Positions 43,196 through 57,423 of a stretch of 64,000 nucleotides of DNA are shown in pieces. This DNA is from the human T2T-CHM13v2.0 reference genome, Homo sapiens. The notes beneath the pieces were generated by a model. It worked only from the letters and a program-made list of their open reading frames with translations, was not told the origin of the DNA and searched no databases. Positions within the stretch are counted from its first letter, which is position 1, and every line of letters begins with the position of its first letter. The translations under genes and the position numbers were made by a program. The DNA is taken from assembly GCF_009914755.1 (NCBI RefSeq), contig NC_060935.1; one strand, 5' to 3'.

Positions 43196-43956
43196 TGTAA
43201 TTGTCCAATGTGCTCTTCTAGCTCACTGCACAGACAAAACTGATTCACTGAAATCATGGAATTGCAGCAAAGAACAAATCTAATTAATGTAGGTCAAACG
43301 GGAGGACTGGAGTTATTATTCAAATCAGTCTCCCTGAAAACTCAGAGGCTAGGGTTTTATGGATAATTTGGTGGGCAGGGGACTAGGGAATGGGTGCTGC
43401 TGATTGGTTGGGGAATGAAATAGTAAGATTGTGGAAAACTGTCCTCCTTCATTGAGTCTGCTTCTGGGTGTAGGCCACACGACCAGTTGAGTCATGAAGC
43501 ATGCGTCCAAGTGGAGTCAGTTTGTTGCCAGAATGCAAAAGCCTGAAAAATGTCTCAAATGATCAACTGTAGGCTCCACAATAATGATATTATCTATAGG
43601 AGCAATTGGGGAAGTAACAAATCTTGTGACCTCTGGACACATAACTCCTGAACTAGTAAGGGATTATAAAAACCATGCCTATATCTTATCAGAATTCAGG
43701 TCCCCCCATAATCCTAATCTCATAGCATTTCATTTGTTTAGAAAGGCCATTTTCAGTCCCTGAGCAAGGAGGGGGTTAGTTTTAGGATAGGACTATTATC
43801 CTTGCTTCGTTAAACTATAAACTAAATTCCTCCCATGGTTAGCTTGGCCTACACCTAAGAATGAGTGAGAACAGCCAGCCTGTGAGGCTAGAGGCAAGAT
43901 GGAGTCAGCCATGCTAGATTTATCTCACTGTCATAACCTTTGCAAAGGCAGTTTCA
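43196..43956 (-). mobile_element. LTR8-family (ERV1) solo LTR, 761 bp
   Basis: Minus strand starts TGAAACTGCCTTTGCAAAGGTTATGAC (LTR8 5' end); TG...CA termini; perfect TSD CCTG 43192-43195 / 43957-43960. Confidence 0.88.
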
Positions 43957-44499
43957 CCTGGGACATAGGAGGTACTCAATGAAAAAGAAGCTATTAATAT
44001 TAATATTTTAAAAATGAATTTAAGGAACTAATACTATGTACATATTAGTCATTAAAACAAAGTGGTTCATTTACATTCACACAAATAAATCTTGTGATTA
44101 TACATAGGTAATATGAAAAACTTTGTTTTCTTTCATAATACAAGGTATTAGCAATAGATACAGTAATGTTAGCATTCCTTTGGAAAAACTGAAAAGATTT
44201 ATAATTTTCCAAGAATCATTAGTATTTTTATTTAATATACATAATATAAAATTTATTCATTCTATAACTTGGAAATATGCTTGCTTACCAATTACTGACA
44301 GATTTCAAAATATTTCTATACTCACAATATTCATTTACATAAATATTGATTTGGTACTTACAATGTGTACTGCTATGCTAAGTTTTGTCTTTGTCAAACA
44401 TATTTTATAAAATCATAATCCTAGATGAATCCAACTTTTGGTAACCCACGTGCCTGAACCCCTGCTGTTAACAGGCAAAGTGTGGTAGGTACAGATCTA

Positions 44500-44830
44500 T
44501 ACCTACCACCTTCCTCTACCCACCAGCATCTGCACCCACCACCCCTCCCCACCCACCATTATCTATACCAACCACCCCTCCCAACCTACCAGCATCTGCA
44601 CCCACCACACCGCCCACCCACCACCATGTACACTCACTACACCTTCCAGCCATCACCATCTGCACCCATCACTCCTCCCCATCCACAAGCATCTGCACCC
44701 ACCACATTTCCCTACCTACCAGCATCTTCACTCACCACCTCTCCACCCACCAGCATCTGCACCCACAACCCCTCCTCACCCACCAGAGTCTGCATCCATC
44801 ACACTTGCCCACTCGTTAGCATCTGCACCA
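44500..44830. repeat. Degenerate C-rich minisatellite (core CACCAGCATCTGCACCCACCAC)
   Basis: About 9-10 imperfect 30-35-bp units are visible. Confidence 0.85.
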
Positions 44831-44869
44831 TCAAGCTCTGCCTTCTTGCCTAATACGGGATGAGCTCTC

Positions 44870-46350
<1,481 letters not shown>

Positions 46351-46849
46351 CACTGTTTGATTAGTAAATATTTATTAAACAAAGCAATCCTAGTCTCCAA
46401 AGAGATCATAGTTTATTGGAGGAAACAAGAGCCTATAAATGGTTACACACAGAAGGTAGTGATTATGGTTCTCCCTCACCTCCCATCCTAAACTTTGACA
46501 GGTGAAACTCCCCTGGATGTTGAAGGTTGAGGAATTTGCCAGGGTTCAGGGTGGTGTTGGAGGAGGCAGGGAGGAAGCAAGGACATTTCAGGCAGGAAGA
46601 ACATTACATGCAAAGATCTAAAGATATGAATCAGCAACATATTTATGGAATTACAAGTAAAGTAGAAAGTTCTTGCTAAAACATCAAAAAATAAAGATTT
46701 GTGATTAGGGGGCCAGAATGTGGGAGGGAAAGAGAGATACAGTTCACACTTTAGACAGGAGCCAGATCATGAAATGTTTTCTCTTTGTTTGTTTCTTCCT
46801 TCACAGCTTTTGATATGCTCTTGGAGCAATTTATTAACCATATTTTTTA

Positions 46850-47201
46850 ATGCATCTCCTGAACAGAGTCAAAGCAATACTTGGAAAGGACTCTGAATTT
46901 CCTGATTTAAAGATACAAAAGAAAAATCTGGAGTCACAATTAATTTGAGAAGGTAAAGGAGTGGGTGTGCTACTGTATCAAATTTAATTTTTACAAAATC
47001 ATCATCTCTAGTAACATTATTTTTTCTAATCTACTGCGTTTAGACTACTTTAGTAAAGCTTGATCTCCCTGTCTATCTAAACACTGATTCACTTACAGCA
47101 AGCTTCAGGCTAGCATTGGTCATATTAATACCCAACAAATCCACAAGGTGTTAGTTGCACATGATTTTGTATAAAAGGTGAACTGAGATTTCATTCAGTC
47201 T
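46850..47201 (+). promoter_or_regulatory. FSHB: FSHB proximal promoter
   Basis: TATAAAA 47170-47176; AP-1-like TGATTCA 47085-47091 (-117/-111); ATTGG/GTCA NF-Y + AP-1 half site 47115-47122; forkhead-like CTAAACA 47077-47083 beside GTCT (SMAD-like); PITX-type AAATCC 47137-47142; AT-rich homeodomain (LHX3) element around -211 (46991). Confidence 0.92.
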
Positions 47202-47264
47202 ACAGCTCTTGCCAGGCAAGGCAGCCGACCACAGGTGAGTCTTGGCATCTACCGTTTTCAAGTG
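47202..47264 (+). other. FSHB: FSHB exon 1 (non-coding), two alternative donors: 33-nt form ends 47234, 63-nt form ends 47264
   Basis: Begins ACAGCTCTTGCCAGGCAAGGCAGCCGACCACAG about 30 nt after the TATA box. Donors are CAG|gtgagt (47235) and GTG|gtgaca (47265), matching the known 30-nt alternative splicing of human FSHB exon 1. Confidence 0.93.
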
Positions 47265-47532
47265 GTGACAGCTACTTTTGAAATTACAGATTTGTCAGGA
47301 CATGGAGGACAAAACTAGAGCTTCTCACTACTGTTGTGTAGGAAATTTATGCTTGTCAACCTGGCTTGTAAAATATGGTTAATATAACGTAATCACTGTT
47401 AGCAAGTAACTGACTTTATAGACCAATATGCCTCTCTTCTGAAATGGTCTTATTTTAAACAAATGTGAGCAAAAGAAAATATTTATGAGATTCTAAAAAT
47501 GAAGACATAATTTTGTAGTATAGAATTTTCTT

Positions 47533-47692
47533 GGCCAGGAATGGTGGCTCATGCTTGTAATCCCAGCACTTTGGGAGGCCAAGGTCAGAGGATTGCTTGA
47601 GCCTGGAAGGTTGAAGATGCAGTGATTCATGATTATACCACTGCACTCCAGCCTGGGCAACAGAGCAAGACCCTGTCTCAAGAAAAGAAAAG
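47533..47692 (+). mobile_element. FAM/FRAM-type Alu monomer in FSHB intron 1
   Basis: Single Alu arm; TSD AGAATTTT. Confidence 0.85.
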
Positions 47693-48088
47693 AATTTTAT
47701 TTTTCTTTTCAGACAAAAATAGACTTTAAAATAATAATGGAAGAACAAATATGATGATCACAATTATCAGAGTAATTACTTTATGACAGTCAGCAATAAG
47801 ATTCTAATCTTTAAATATTCCTCTGCTGAAATCATTATATTGGAGTTTTGATCTATAATATATTCCCACCCTGACCCAAAAATTGAAGAAGGACAAGGAA
47901 AAATGTTGTTCCAAGAAACAAAGATGTAAGTAAAAAGGCATAAGGAAGGAAAAAAATCTTTTGAAGCAAAATGTGATTGAGGAGGATGAGCAGACCAATT
48001 ATTTTTGGTTTGGTCAGCTTACATAATGATTATCGTTCTTTGGTTTCTCAGTTTCTAGTGGGCTTCATTGTTTGCTTCCCAGACCAGG

Positions 48089-48247
48089 ATGAAGACACTC
48101 CAGTTTTTCTTCCTTTTCTGTTGCTGGAAAGCAATCTGCTGCAATAGCTGTGAGCTGACCAACATCACCATTGCAATAGAGAAAGAAGAATGTCGTTTCT
48201 GCATAAGCATCAACACCACTTGGTGTGCTGGCTACTGCTACACCAGG
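48089..48247 (+). CDS. FSHB: FSH beta subunit, coding exon 2 (signal peptide [18 protein letters not shown] + NSCELTNIT...CAGYCYTR, 53 codons)
   Basis: Acceptor ttcccag|ACCAGG at 48083, ATG at 48089, donor AGG|gtaggt at 48248. CAGYC glycoprotein-hormone motif; N-glycosylation sequons NIT and NTT. Confidence 0.99.
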
Positions 48248-49755
48248 GTAGGTACCATGTTTTGCTGGAAGCAAGGGTGCTGAAGGTCTGTATTAGGCCG
48301 GTTTCATTAGTTTCTACTTTATCAATATTTTATGTATTCTAAGTAACAGCCATGAGTCCTTTAGCCAAGACTGTCTGTGTTGTGATTGGGGTTAATGACC
48401 ACGATATCACTTAGATGTTTGGGCTTGGATTTGATTTGGGTAAATTTAGGAAAGCCTCAGATTTAATCTGATCAATTTGGTACTAGTCCAACTTTGCATC
48501 TACAGGGAAAAAGTATTTCTATGTTACGTTTTTACACATAGAGAGATAAACATGGAAACATACATATATTTAATCATAAAGGACCTATAATATTCTCATA
48601 AAGGCAATTTCTTTAACTGACACTACATCTTTGACACAAAATCACACCAAAATATGTCTCCAAGTCACATAAAAACATAGACAGCCACTTAAAAAAATTG
48701 TCTTCCTGGCCCTACTAAATACAAATGCCAAAAAACAGCCTGAGAACACAATCAATTCTTGCAGACTGTTAGAACAAAAATGAATCAGCAAACCCACTCC
48801 CTTCGTTATAGCATTGAGAAAACCAAGACATAGAGGCATCAGTTGCTAGTCTGTGTTTGCAGTTTCCTTGCATTAATACAAGTAGAGAAATAGTTTCCAT
48901 GGTGCTGTCTTTTTTCTCTGCAGCACCCCTAATTATCTATGCAGAATTTCATTCTATAAACTAAAATTGAAAATGGCAACTTTTTAAATGAACGATACTT
49001 TATTTGACGGTAAATGAGTTTGATCAAACTCCATTTATTACACAATTTATTGCACCTTCTTGGGATATACATTTGGTAGGATGATATTAAAATAAACAGA
49101 AGCCCCAATTTCTCTACGCAGTATAAATAATTTTTCCACTGGAAAGTGCTACTACAAATAATTTCTACCTGGATTAAAAATTCTTATACGCAAACTGCAT
49201 ATCCTTTGAAACTAGGAACCCTGCAAAGTATACAGCTTTCAAGGGAGAAAAATGTCCACAAGGAGTTGGAATATTTAAAATCTTATGTTAGCCTTAGCAA
49301 ACATGTTAACTTAAGCATTAACATTTAAAATTATATATTTTTGACCTTTTATAAATACTCAGGGCAGTGTATTTTAAAATATTTTTTCTGAGACATTGGA
49401 TATCTTTGTTTATGGTTTGTTATTAATACAGCTTTCAATTAAATATGAAAAGTCAACTTAAAATCCTGTCATGTTTTTCATCATTTTTCTATGCTAAAAT
49501 TCAAAGTTCCTTTATATTTTGAAAAATAGTTAATATTTTGATATAGCCATAGGAAGTAAGAAAAGAAATTACTTGTATTTTCTGGAAGATTTCAAGAACA
49601 ATTTAGAAATGTAAATAGCATATAGGTCATTTATGAGGTCATGTTTTAATGGGTAAATGTTAGAGCAAGCAGTATTCAATTTCTGTCTCATTTTGACTAA
49701 GCTAAATAGGAACTTCCACAATACCATAACCTAACTCTCTTCTTAAACTCCTCAG

Positions 49756-49986
49756 GATCTGGTGTATAAGGACCCAGCCAGGCCCAAAATCCAGAAAACA
49801 TGTACCTTCAAGGAACTGGTATATGAAACAGTGAGAGTGCCCGGCTGTGCTCACCATGCAGATTCCTTGTATACATACCCAGTGGCCACCCAGTGTCACT
49901 GTGGCAAGTGTGACAGCGACAGCACTGATTGTACTGTGCGAGGCCTGGGGCCCAGCTACTGCTCCTTTGGTGAAATGAAAGAATAA
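49756..49986 (+). CDS. FSHB: FSH beta subunit, coding exon 3 ([10 protein letters not shown]...CSFGEMKE*, 76 aa); full protein 129 aa
   Basis: Branch point CTAAC 49731, acceptor ctcctcag|GAT at 49756, phase-0 join to exon 2, cystine-knot cysteines, TAA at 49984-49986. Confidence 0.99.
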   Translation, partial: DLVYKDPARPKIQKTCTFKELVYETVRVPGCAHHADSLYTYPVATQCHCGKCDSDSTDCTVRGLGPSYCSFGEMKE

Positions 49987-51460
49987 AGATCAGTGGACAT
50001 TTCAGGCCACATACCCTTGTCCTGAAGGACCAAGATATTCAAAAAGTCTGTGTGTGTGCAATGTGCCCAGGGGACAAACCACTGGATCAGGGGATTCAGA
50101 CTCTACTGATCCCTGGTCTACTGGCAGAGGGAACTCTGGGAATTGAGAGTGCTGGGGGCCAGGACTCCATCATGATTCAGCTCTATATTCCTAGGTCTGA
50201 TTTCATAAGGTTTATTCAGTCTTAACTCACAGACTTGTGCCTGGTTTCTTCTTTAAAAATCTTAGAAATCTTCTCAGGCAATGCCTCTCTCTTAGGGGGA
50301 AACATAAGCCTAGAAGGAGGAAGCAGTAATGGGAGTGAGTGAAAGAACTAACTGCAGCAGTCTTCTGGTAGACTCTTGGGCCCTCTAGAGCAAGGTCAGC
50401 ATCTTCAGCATTGTAGCGTCAATGCCTAGCACTCTGCCTGGAACTTAGAAACACAACAATGGCTTCTTTAGATCAGAAAGGTCAAGGGTAGAAAATACTG
50501 GAAGAGGATGTTTGAGGTAAGCTGATGAGGCTGCCCGCAGCCACACCAGTCCCATGAAAGTTAGTGGCATCAGTTCCACCTCGCCTTTTCTCCAGCACAT
50601 GGAGTATTGAGACATGATGTGTCTTTCTGAATTGTTTGGTACAGATGGGGAGTAACAGAGCTCAAGATTTCCAAGCTATTACTACCAAGCCTGTTAGTTA
50701 AGGGCAAAGGCAAGAAATTGTAATTTGGGGCTGTGGAAATTAGCCTGCCTCTATTCATTACTTAAACAAATTGATCACATGCTACTAGGCTCCTGCAAAA
50801 CTCCTTTTTGAGATAAAGGGAAAAAACCAAACTATCTCACCCTACCCTCCCTAGGATCCACTTCTTTGGAATGACAAAGGATTTGAAAGTAGGTTTGAAA
50901 GCAGTTTCAGCAATTTAATAAATATAATTAATTTGTCTACAAATATATTTGTATAAATAAATAGCTCCTTTAGAAAGAATTAGCCATGGGGGACGAGGGG
51001 AAACTGCTGTTTTCTAGGATCCTGTCTACATCAATCTTCTATTTTATCCATCCATGTTCTCCCAAATCTGTGCTTTCTTTCAACAGGTTATATATTAAAA
51101 CTATTTCATGAGTTGATTTCTTTTAAACGTGTTAACTGTCTTAGTTATGCACTCAGTTTCACACTCATATTGTTTAACTAATTTATTTAAATCTTATTTT
51201 TTTAATAAAGATGCTAGCCACCAGAGTCACAGGCTTGGATTGTTTTATGTACAAACAGATGACTTAGATATTCTGTATTTTATAATATTAGTGGAATGAA
51301 ATCTTAAAATATAATTCCCAGTGTTTCTATAAATATTACCTTTCCTTATCTTTGGAGATATTAAAAATAATTTTGTTGGATTTCTGAAGTGTTTTGTCAC
51401 TTAAATTTCCTGTCATTTTTTGAAGACATTTTCTGATGTAATTTGGGAGAAAAAAAGCAT
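49987..51460 (+). other. FSHB: FSHB 3' UTR (end approximate), AU-rich distal part with several poly(A) signals
   Basis: AATAAA at 49982, 50917, 50956 and 51204; ATTAAA at about 51360; ATTTATTTA at 51181. Unique sequence continues until the MIR/MST repeats at about 51500. Confidence 0.75.
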
Positions 51461-51572
51461 AGAGAGAATCACAGAATGGGTGGAGATACTAGAGTTTCTA
51501 TAGTTTACTTCTTGAATTTTTGAGATGGAAAAATTAAAGCCCAGTGATATTAAGTGGCCCACCCAAGATCAC

Positions 51573-51936
51573 TGTCCTAGTCCTTTTGGGCTGCTATGAC
51601 AGAATACCTTAGACTGGGTAATTAATAAACAACAGAAATTTATTGCTCACAGTCTGTAGGCTGGGAGGTCCAAGATCAAGGTGCCAGCGGATTTCTTGTC
51701 TGGGGAGGGAGGGCCTGCTCCCTACTTCAATGCTGGTGACTTTTTGCTGCATCCTCATACGGTGGAAACAACGGAAAGCTCCCTCAAGTCTCTTTTATAA
51801 GAGCACTAATCTCATACATAAGAGGTCCATTTTCATGATCTAATCACCTCCTAAGGCCCAACTTCTTAATACCACCACAATAAAGATCAGGGTTCAACAT
51901 GAATCTTGGAGCAACATAAACGTTCAGACCACAGCA
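51573..51936 (-). mobile_element. MST-type MaLR LTR inserted into a MIR
   Basis: TG...CA termini, perfect TSD ATCAC. Confidence 0.85.
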
Positions 51937-52971
51937 ATCACAAAGACTGTTTGTGGCAGAGCCAGGATTAGAATCCTAGCCTCCTTGCTCTTAATCCGGC
52001 TCTCCTTTGACTACTCCACCATAATAAGAAGTCATTTTGGTAAAGATTGAAGCAAAACTACAGATATTATTATAATAATCATCTCTGTCCCTTCTAATCT
52101 GGTATTGGGTGTGGCTTATAGCAATGCATTGAAATTAGGGCTATATTAACAATGTTGAATAAGATGCTTTAAATTATAGCCTTTTCCTTCTTCCTGTAGT
52201 TTTGCAGACCAAAATAATAAACCTTTACATTAGGGAGAGTAAAGGACAATGGCTTCAGATTTATGTTGTCTCAATCATCTTAAGCAGATGTGTCATCTCG
52301 AACAAGTTACTTAAATTCTCTGGACCTCAGTTTCCTCAACTGTATAATGGGGATAATAATATTTCCTGCTTTAGAGAGTTGTGTTCATGATTAATGAAAT
52401 AACAGATAAAAGGGCTTAGAGCAGTACTTGGCACATAGTAATTCCTCAATAAATATTAGTTGATGGTTGTCCCTTGAGAGAGACAATGCAGTAAAATGGT
52501 AAAGTCAGATTTAAGTTAAGGACAACCCAGCTCATACTCTTTCTGGTCTGAGCAAACTAGTTAACCCCTTTGGGTCTCACCTTTCTCACTTTTAAAATGG
52601 AGTAAAAATGGTAACTATCTCACATAGTTGCTGGCAGATTTAAAAATATAATGCAGTTAAAGCACTTCAGAGGCCAACAGAGCTATAATCCTGCTGGAGA
52701 GAGTCCCCTTTACCACTTAGTTCAAATGGCCAAGGTCAAAATGCGAGTAAAAAGCAGAAGTTTCTTCTTACGGCACTCCCATGCCAAATAGGAGTACACT
52801 CCTTTCTGGAGCAGCAACAAAAACCTGTGAACCCTCCAGGTGGAGGCCAAGAAAAGGTCCATCTCCATGGGCTGTCATTTTAGTTGAAGTCTGATAATCC
52901 CTTCTCAGCACTATGGTGGACATCTCTTGGCTCTGGGCAGTCCTCGCATGACTTTAAGAATTGTATGTCTA

Positions 52972-53298
<327 letters not shown>

Positions 53299-54469
53299 TT
53301 AATTAATGAGCTTTCCAATTGTTTTCAGGAAAAAAAATCTTAATTCTTAGCTGAAACATGAGGCCTATCATGGTCTGACCTCTGATTATTTAACTTCTTA
53401 CCTCTTCTGCTCCCCACAAGGGTTGCTGAATCTAGAGATTAGTTTTGAGGATTGAAGGATTGGGGGCCTTCCATTCCTGAAATGCTTTAACTAAAATACC
53501 ATGCCATTCATCCCATGAGATATTTGGTGGACTATAATTGAAAACTGGTCAGTAAGTCAGCAGCACTTGAATCATAAAAATGTGAGGCCAGTACATAAGA
53601 ATAATAAACACTGAGTTCATGGTAGTAAGGAAGGTGAAGGAGAAATGGAACTGTGGAAAAGTACCCAGAGAGCCTCAAACTGTATTTATAATGTTCTATT
53701 TCTTACAAATATGATATAATGTTAATATATAAAAAACTAGGAGACTGCTGTACAGGTGTTTACTATATTCCTGTAGGCATGTTCAGTGTTTACTAGTTGA
53801 CAACTAACATGGCATCTTTTTATGCACTGTACATTTAATTTAGATTTTATGCCTAATATAAGAAAAGTGAAATGGGCCCGGAGCCTAGTCTGAAGTCACA
53901 CAGCTAGTGTGCAAAGCCTCAATCATTAGTATGCATTTAGTGACAGAGGTAGAGAATTCAAATCTACTTACGAAGATATGTGCCTATGTCTTCCTGGGTA
54001 TAAAGCTGGACAACATTTTCCCACCTTCTTTGCAATCAAGTGTATCTGTGTGCCAGCTAATGGAATGTGGGCAGAAGTACTGCACATATTTTCACACACA
54101 GCCCATAAAAACCTCTCATAAGTGATCATCTATTCTCTTCCTCTATTTGCTGGATGTCAATCCTGAAGGTGACTAGGAAAGTTTGTGTTGATGAAAACAG
54201 AACCATTGTCAACCTGGATCCCCGAATGTCTGCATGGAGCAGTGTGCCCAATATCAACAACCCCTTATAGCAGGCTGTGTGGATGCTATGCATCAACACC
54301 GTAAACTTCTAGTCACTGACATTTGTGAGTTTATTCGTTTTAAAAAATGCATTATTTTAACTTACAAATATTGGTACTGGAAGTGGCGTGTTGCATTAAT
54401 GAAAACCTTAGCACATATGGCATTGGCTTAGTGGTTGTACAATAGGAGAAAAGAAAGTAGTAATCATAG

Positions 54470-55332
<863 letters not shown>

Positions 55333-55399
55333 GAGTACAACTTTCACCTGGGAAAACATGAAGGCTGGCCACATGCCTATTCAGTCCTTAGCTTTATGG

Positions 55400-55605
55400 C
55401 AGGGTCAGCAAATTATGCCCTGAAGGCCAAATCTGGCCCATCACCTTTTTTTTTAAACAAAGCTTATTGGAACACAGCCACCCTAATTTTTTACGTATTG
55501 TCTATGATTGCTTTTGTACTACAAAAGCAGAATTCAAAGACCATATGGCCCACAATGTAAATAAAATATAATTTGAAACTTTACAGAAAAATTTGCCAGC
55601 CTCTG
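55400..55605. mobile_element. MER58A-like hAT MITE
   Basis: cagggtcagcaaa...ggccaaatctggccc...tttgccagcctctg. Confidence 0.8.
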
Positions 55606-55759
55606 CTCTAAGGGAAAGGCTTACAAAGAACCGGAACGTAAAGGGAGTTGGCTTTTCCTTTCTAGATATTAAAGAGATAGCTTTTTTGCAAAATGGAATG
55701 GAGAAAGTCCAGAAATTTTTGCCTCAATTGTATGTAAATGTCTATTGCTTCCTCATCCC

Positions 55760-55902
55760 AAATAGTAAGTGATAAGATGGATTTGAAAAACAAATACATA
55801 GTAAGACATAAGATGGATTTGAAAAACAAATGAATACTAAGAGATAAGATGGATTTGAAAAACAAATAAATAGTAAGAGATAAGATGGATTTGAAAAACA
55901 AA
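55760..55902. repeat. 36-bp x4 tandem repeat
   Basis: Unit AAATAGTAAGAGATAAGATGGATTTGAAAAACAAAT with 36-nt period (55771, 55807, 55843, 55879). Confidence 0.95.
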
Positions 55903-57334
55903 GGCTCATTAAAACTCGGTTCTGAGGTAAAGACAGATTTAGGGTATGGTCTTCCCATCTAGATCTTCTATCTCAGGTACTATCATGGTAGAACTACTAA
56001 GTTGTAAGGAAGCAAAAAAAAAAATCAAGATTGATAATTATGAATAAGAAAAAACTTTTAACATGTTTATAGGCACTAGAAACTAAATGGAAATATCTGA
56101 AGGAGCTGATTGTCAAAGAAACTAGGAGACCAGACTAAAAATGCCTTTCTTTGAACAACCTTTGGGCTCCTAAACTTGATGAGGAGAAAATAGACTACGA
56201 AACCTGTACAAGACCAAGGAGGATGACTCTCCAACATCCACTTTGAATGTGGTCATGGAAGGTAATGGATAAGGAAGAACTTTCCAGATGATAGAGCCAG
56301 GAGCCATGGAGAACAATGGACAAGGGAAGAATGTTGCCCCTAGTGAGAAGCAGCAGCATCTAATCCAGGAACTTCCTCCACTGGCCTGGCAAAAGGATTT
56401 CATAAAGTTTGCCCAGTAGGGTTTCATCATTGCTTAATCCAGTGAGCTGTGTCTCCCATTCTTTCTTCTTACGAATAGAAGTATTATTGTGAACGGAGTT
56501 ATTGCGCAAAGTGTCCGTACTTCATCCCTGAATACCGGGGGGAACGGGACAAGGAAGATAACAAGTCTTTTTTGTCCACAGGTTGAGTTGCCAGCTCATG
56601 AGAAGCCACATTTGGACATTATAAAGAAAACTGTGTATCATCCGGGTATTAAGGGCCTGGAATTGGACTAAAGAAGGGGAGGAGGTGGTTCCAGATGACA
56701 GAGAAAGATGAAACTGATATTTGTTCTCAGAAGGTTGGACTGTGACAGAGATTGTTACGTGTTCACAGAAACCTTCTCTATTTTTCCTGGGGACATAGTT
56801 TGCAGCCCCACTTGTAGAAAGGTATATTTATGTCACCAAGTTCTACCAATAACCAAGGTTATCAGAAATGATGTGTGCTACTTCTAGGTCTGGCTCATAA
56901 ATCCTCTGACAGGTAAATCGTACTCTCTTCTACTCTCAGGTGACTGAGTACTAATGATTAAAGCAACCTTGGAAGCCATGCACAGAGAGCAGCAGAGGCT
57001 CTACAGCCTAAATCTCAGAATGCCCAGAGGACTCAAACATGCCTAAACACCTGTTCCCTCTGAAAGAACTTTGTATGAACAAGAAACAAATTTCTCTTGT
57101 GTTAAGTCACTGAGACTTGGGGGTTTATTTGTTACAGCAGGTAATATTACCTTAACTATTGTAGGGATCCACAGTACTTAAGGAGCTTAAATATAATGTT
57201 TCAGATCAACTCACATGAACCAAGTATAAAATTAGTTATCTAATAATGTATACATATATACCCAGATCACAATCTTCTGTTAAAATACGCAAAACAGCTT
57301 TGTTATTTAGTACTTTAAGTTTTTGCCTGGAGGA

Positions 57335-57354
57335 GTGTGTGTGTGTGTGTGTGT

Positions 57355-57420
<66 letters not shown>
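57335..57420. repeat. (GT)n(GA)n compound microsatellite
   Basis: Directly visible. Confidence 0.97.

Positions 57421-57423
<3 letters not shown>

Noticed and set aside
44482-44853. Pro/His/Thr-rich 123-aa ORF
   Set aside because: Translation of the C-rich minisatellite; non-ATG start.
48068-48283. ORF-track N-terminal extension (MFASQTR) and C-terminal read-through of FSHB exon 2
   Set aside because: These parts are intronic. The true CDS is bounded by the ATG at 48089 and the donor at 48248.
55760-55902. 36-bp repeats resembling a CRISPR array; in-frame 98-aa ORF
   Set aside because: The units are contiguous with no unique spacers, there are no cas genes, and the context is mammalian. 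The ORF simply reflects the 36-nt period.
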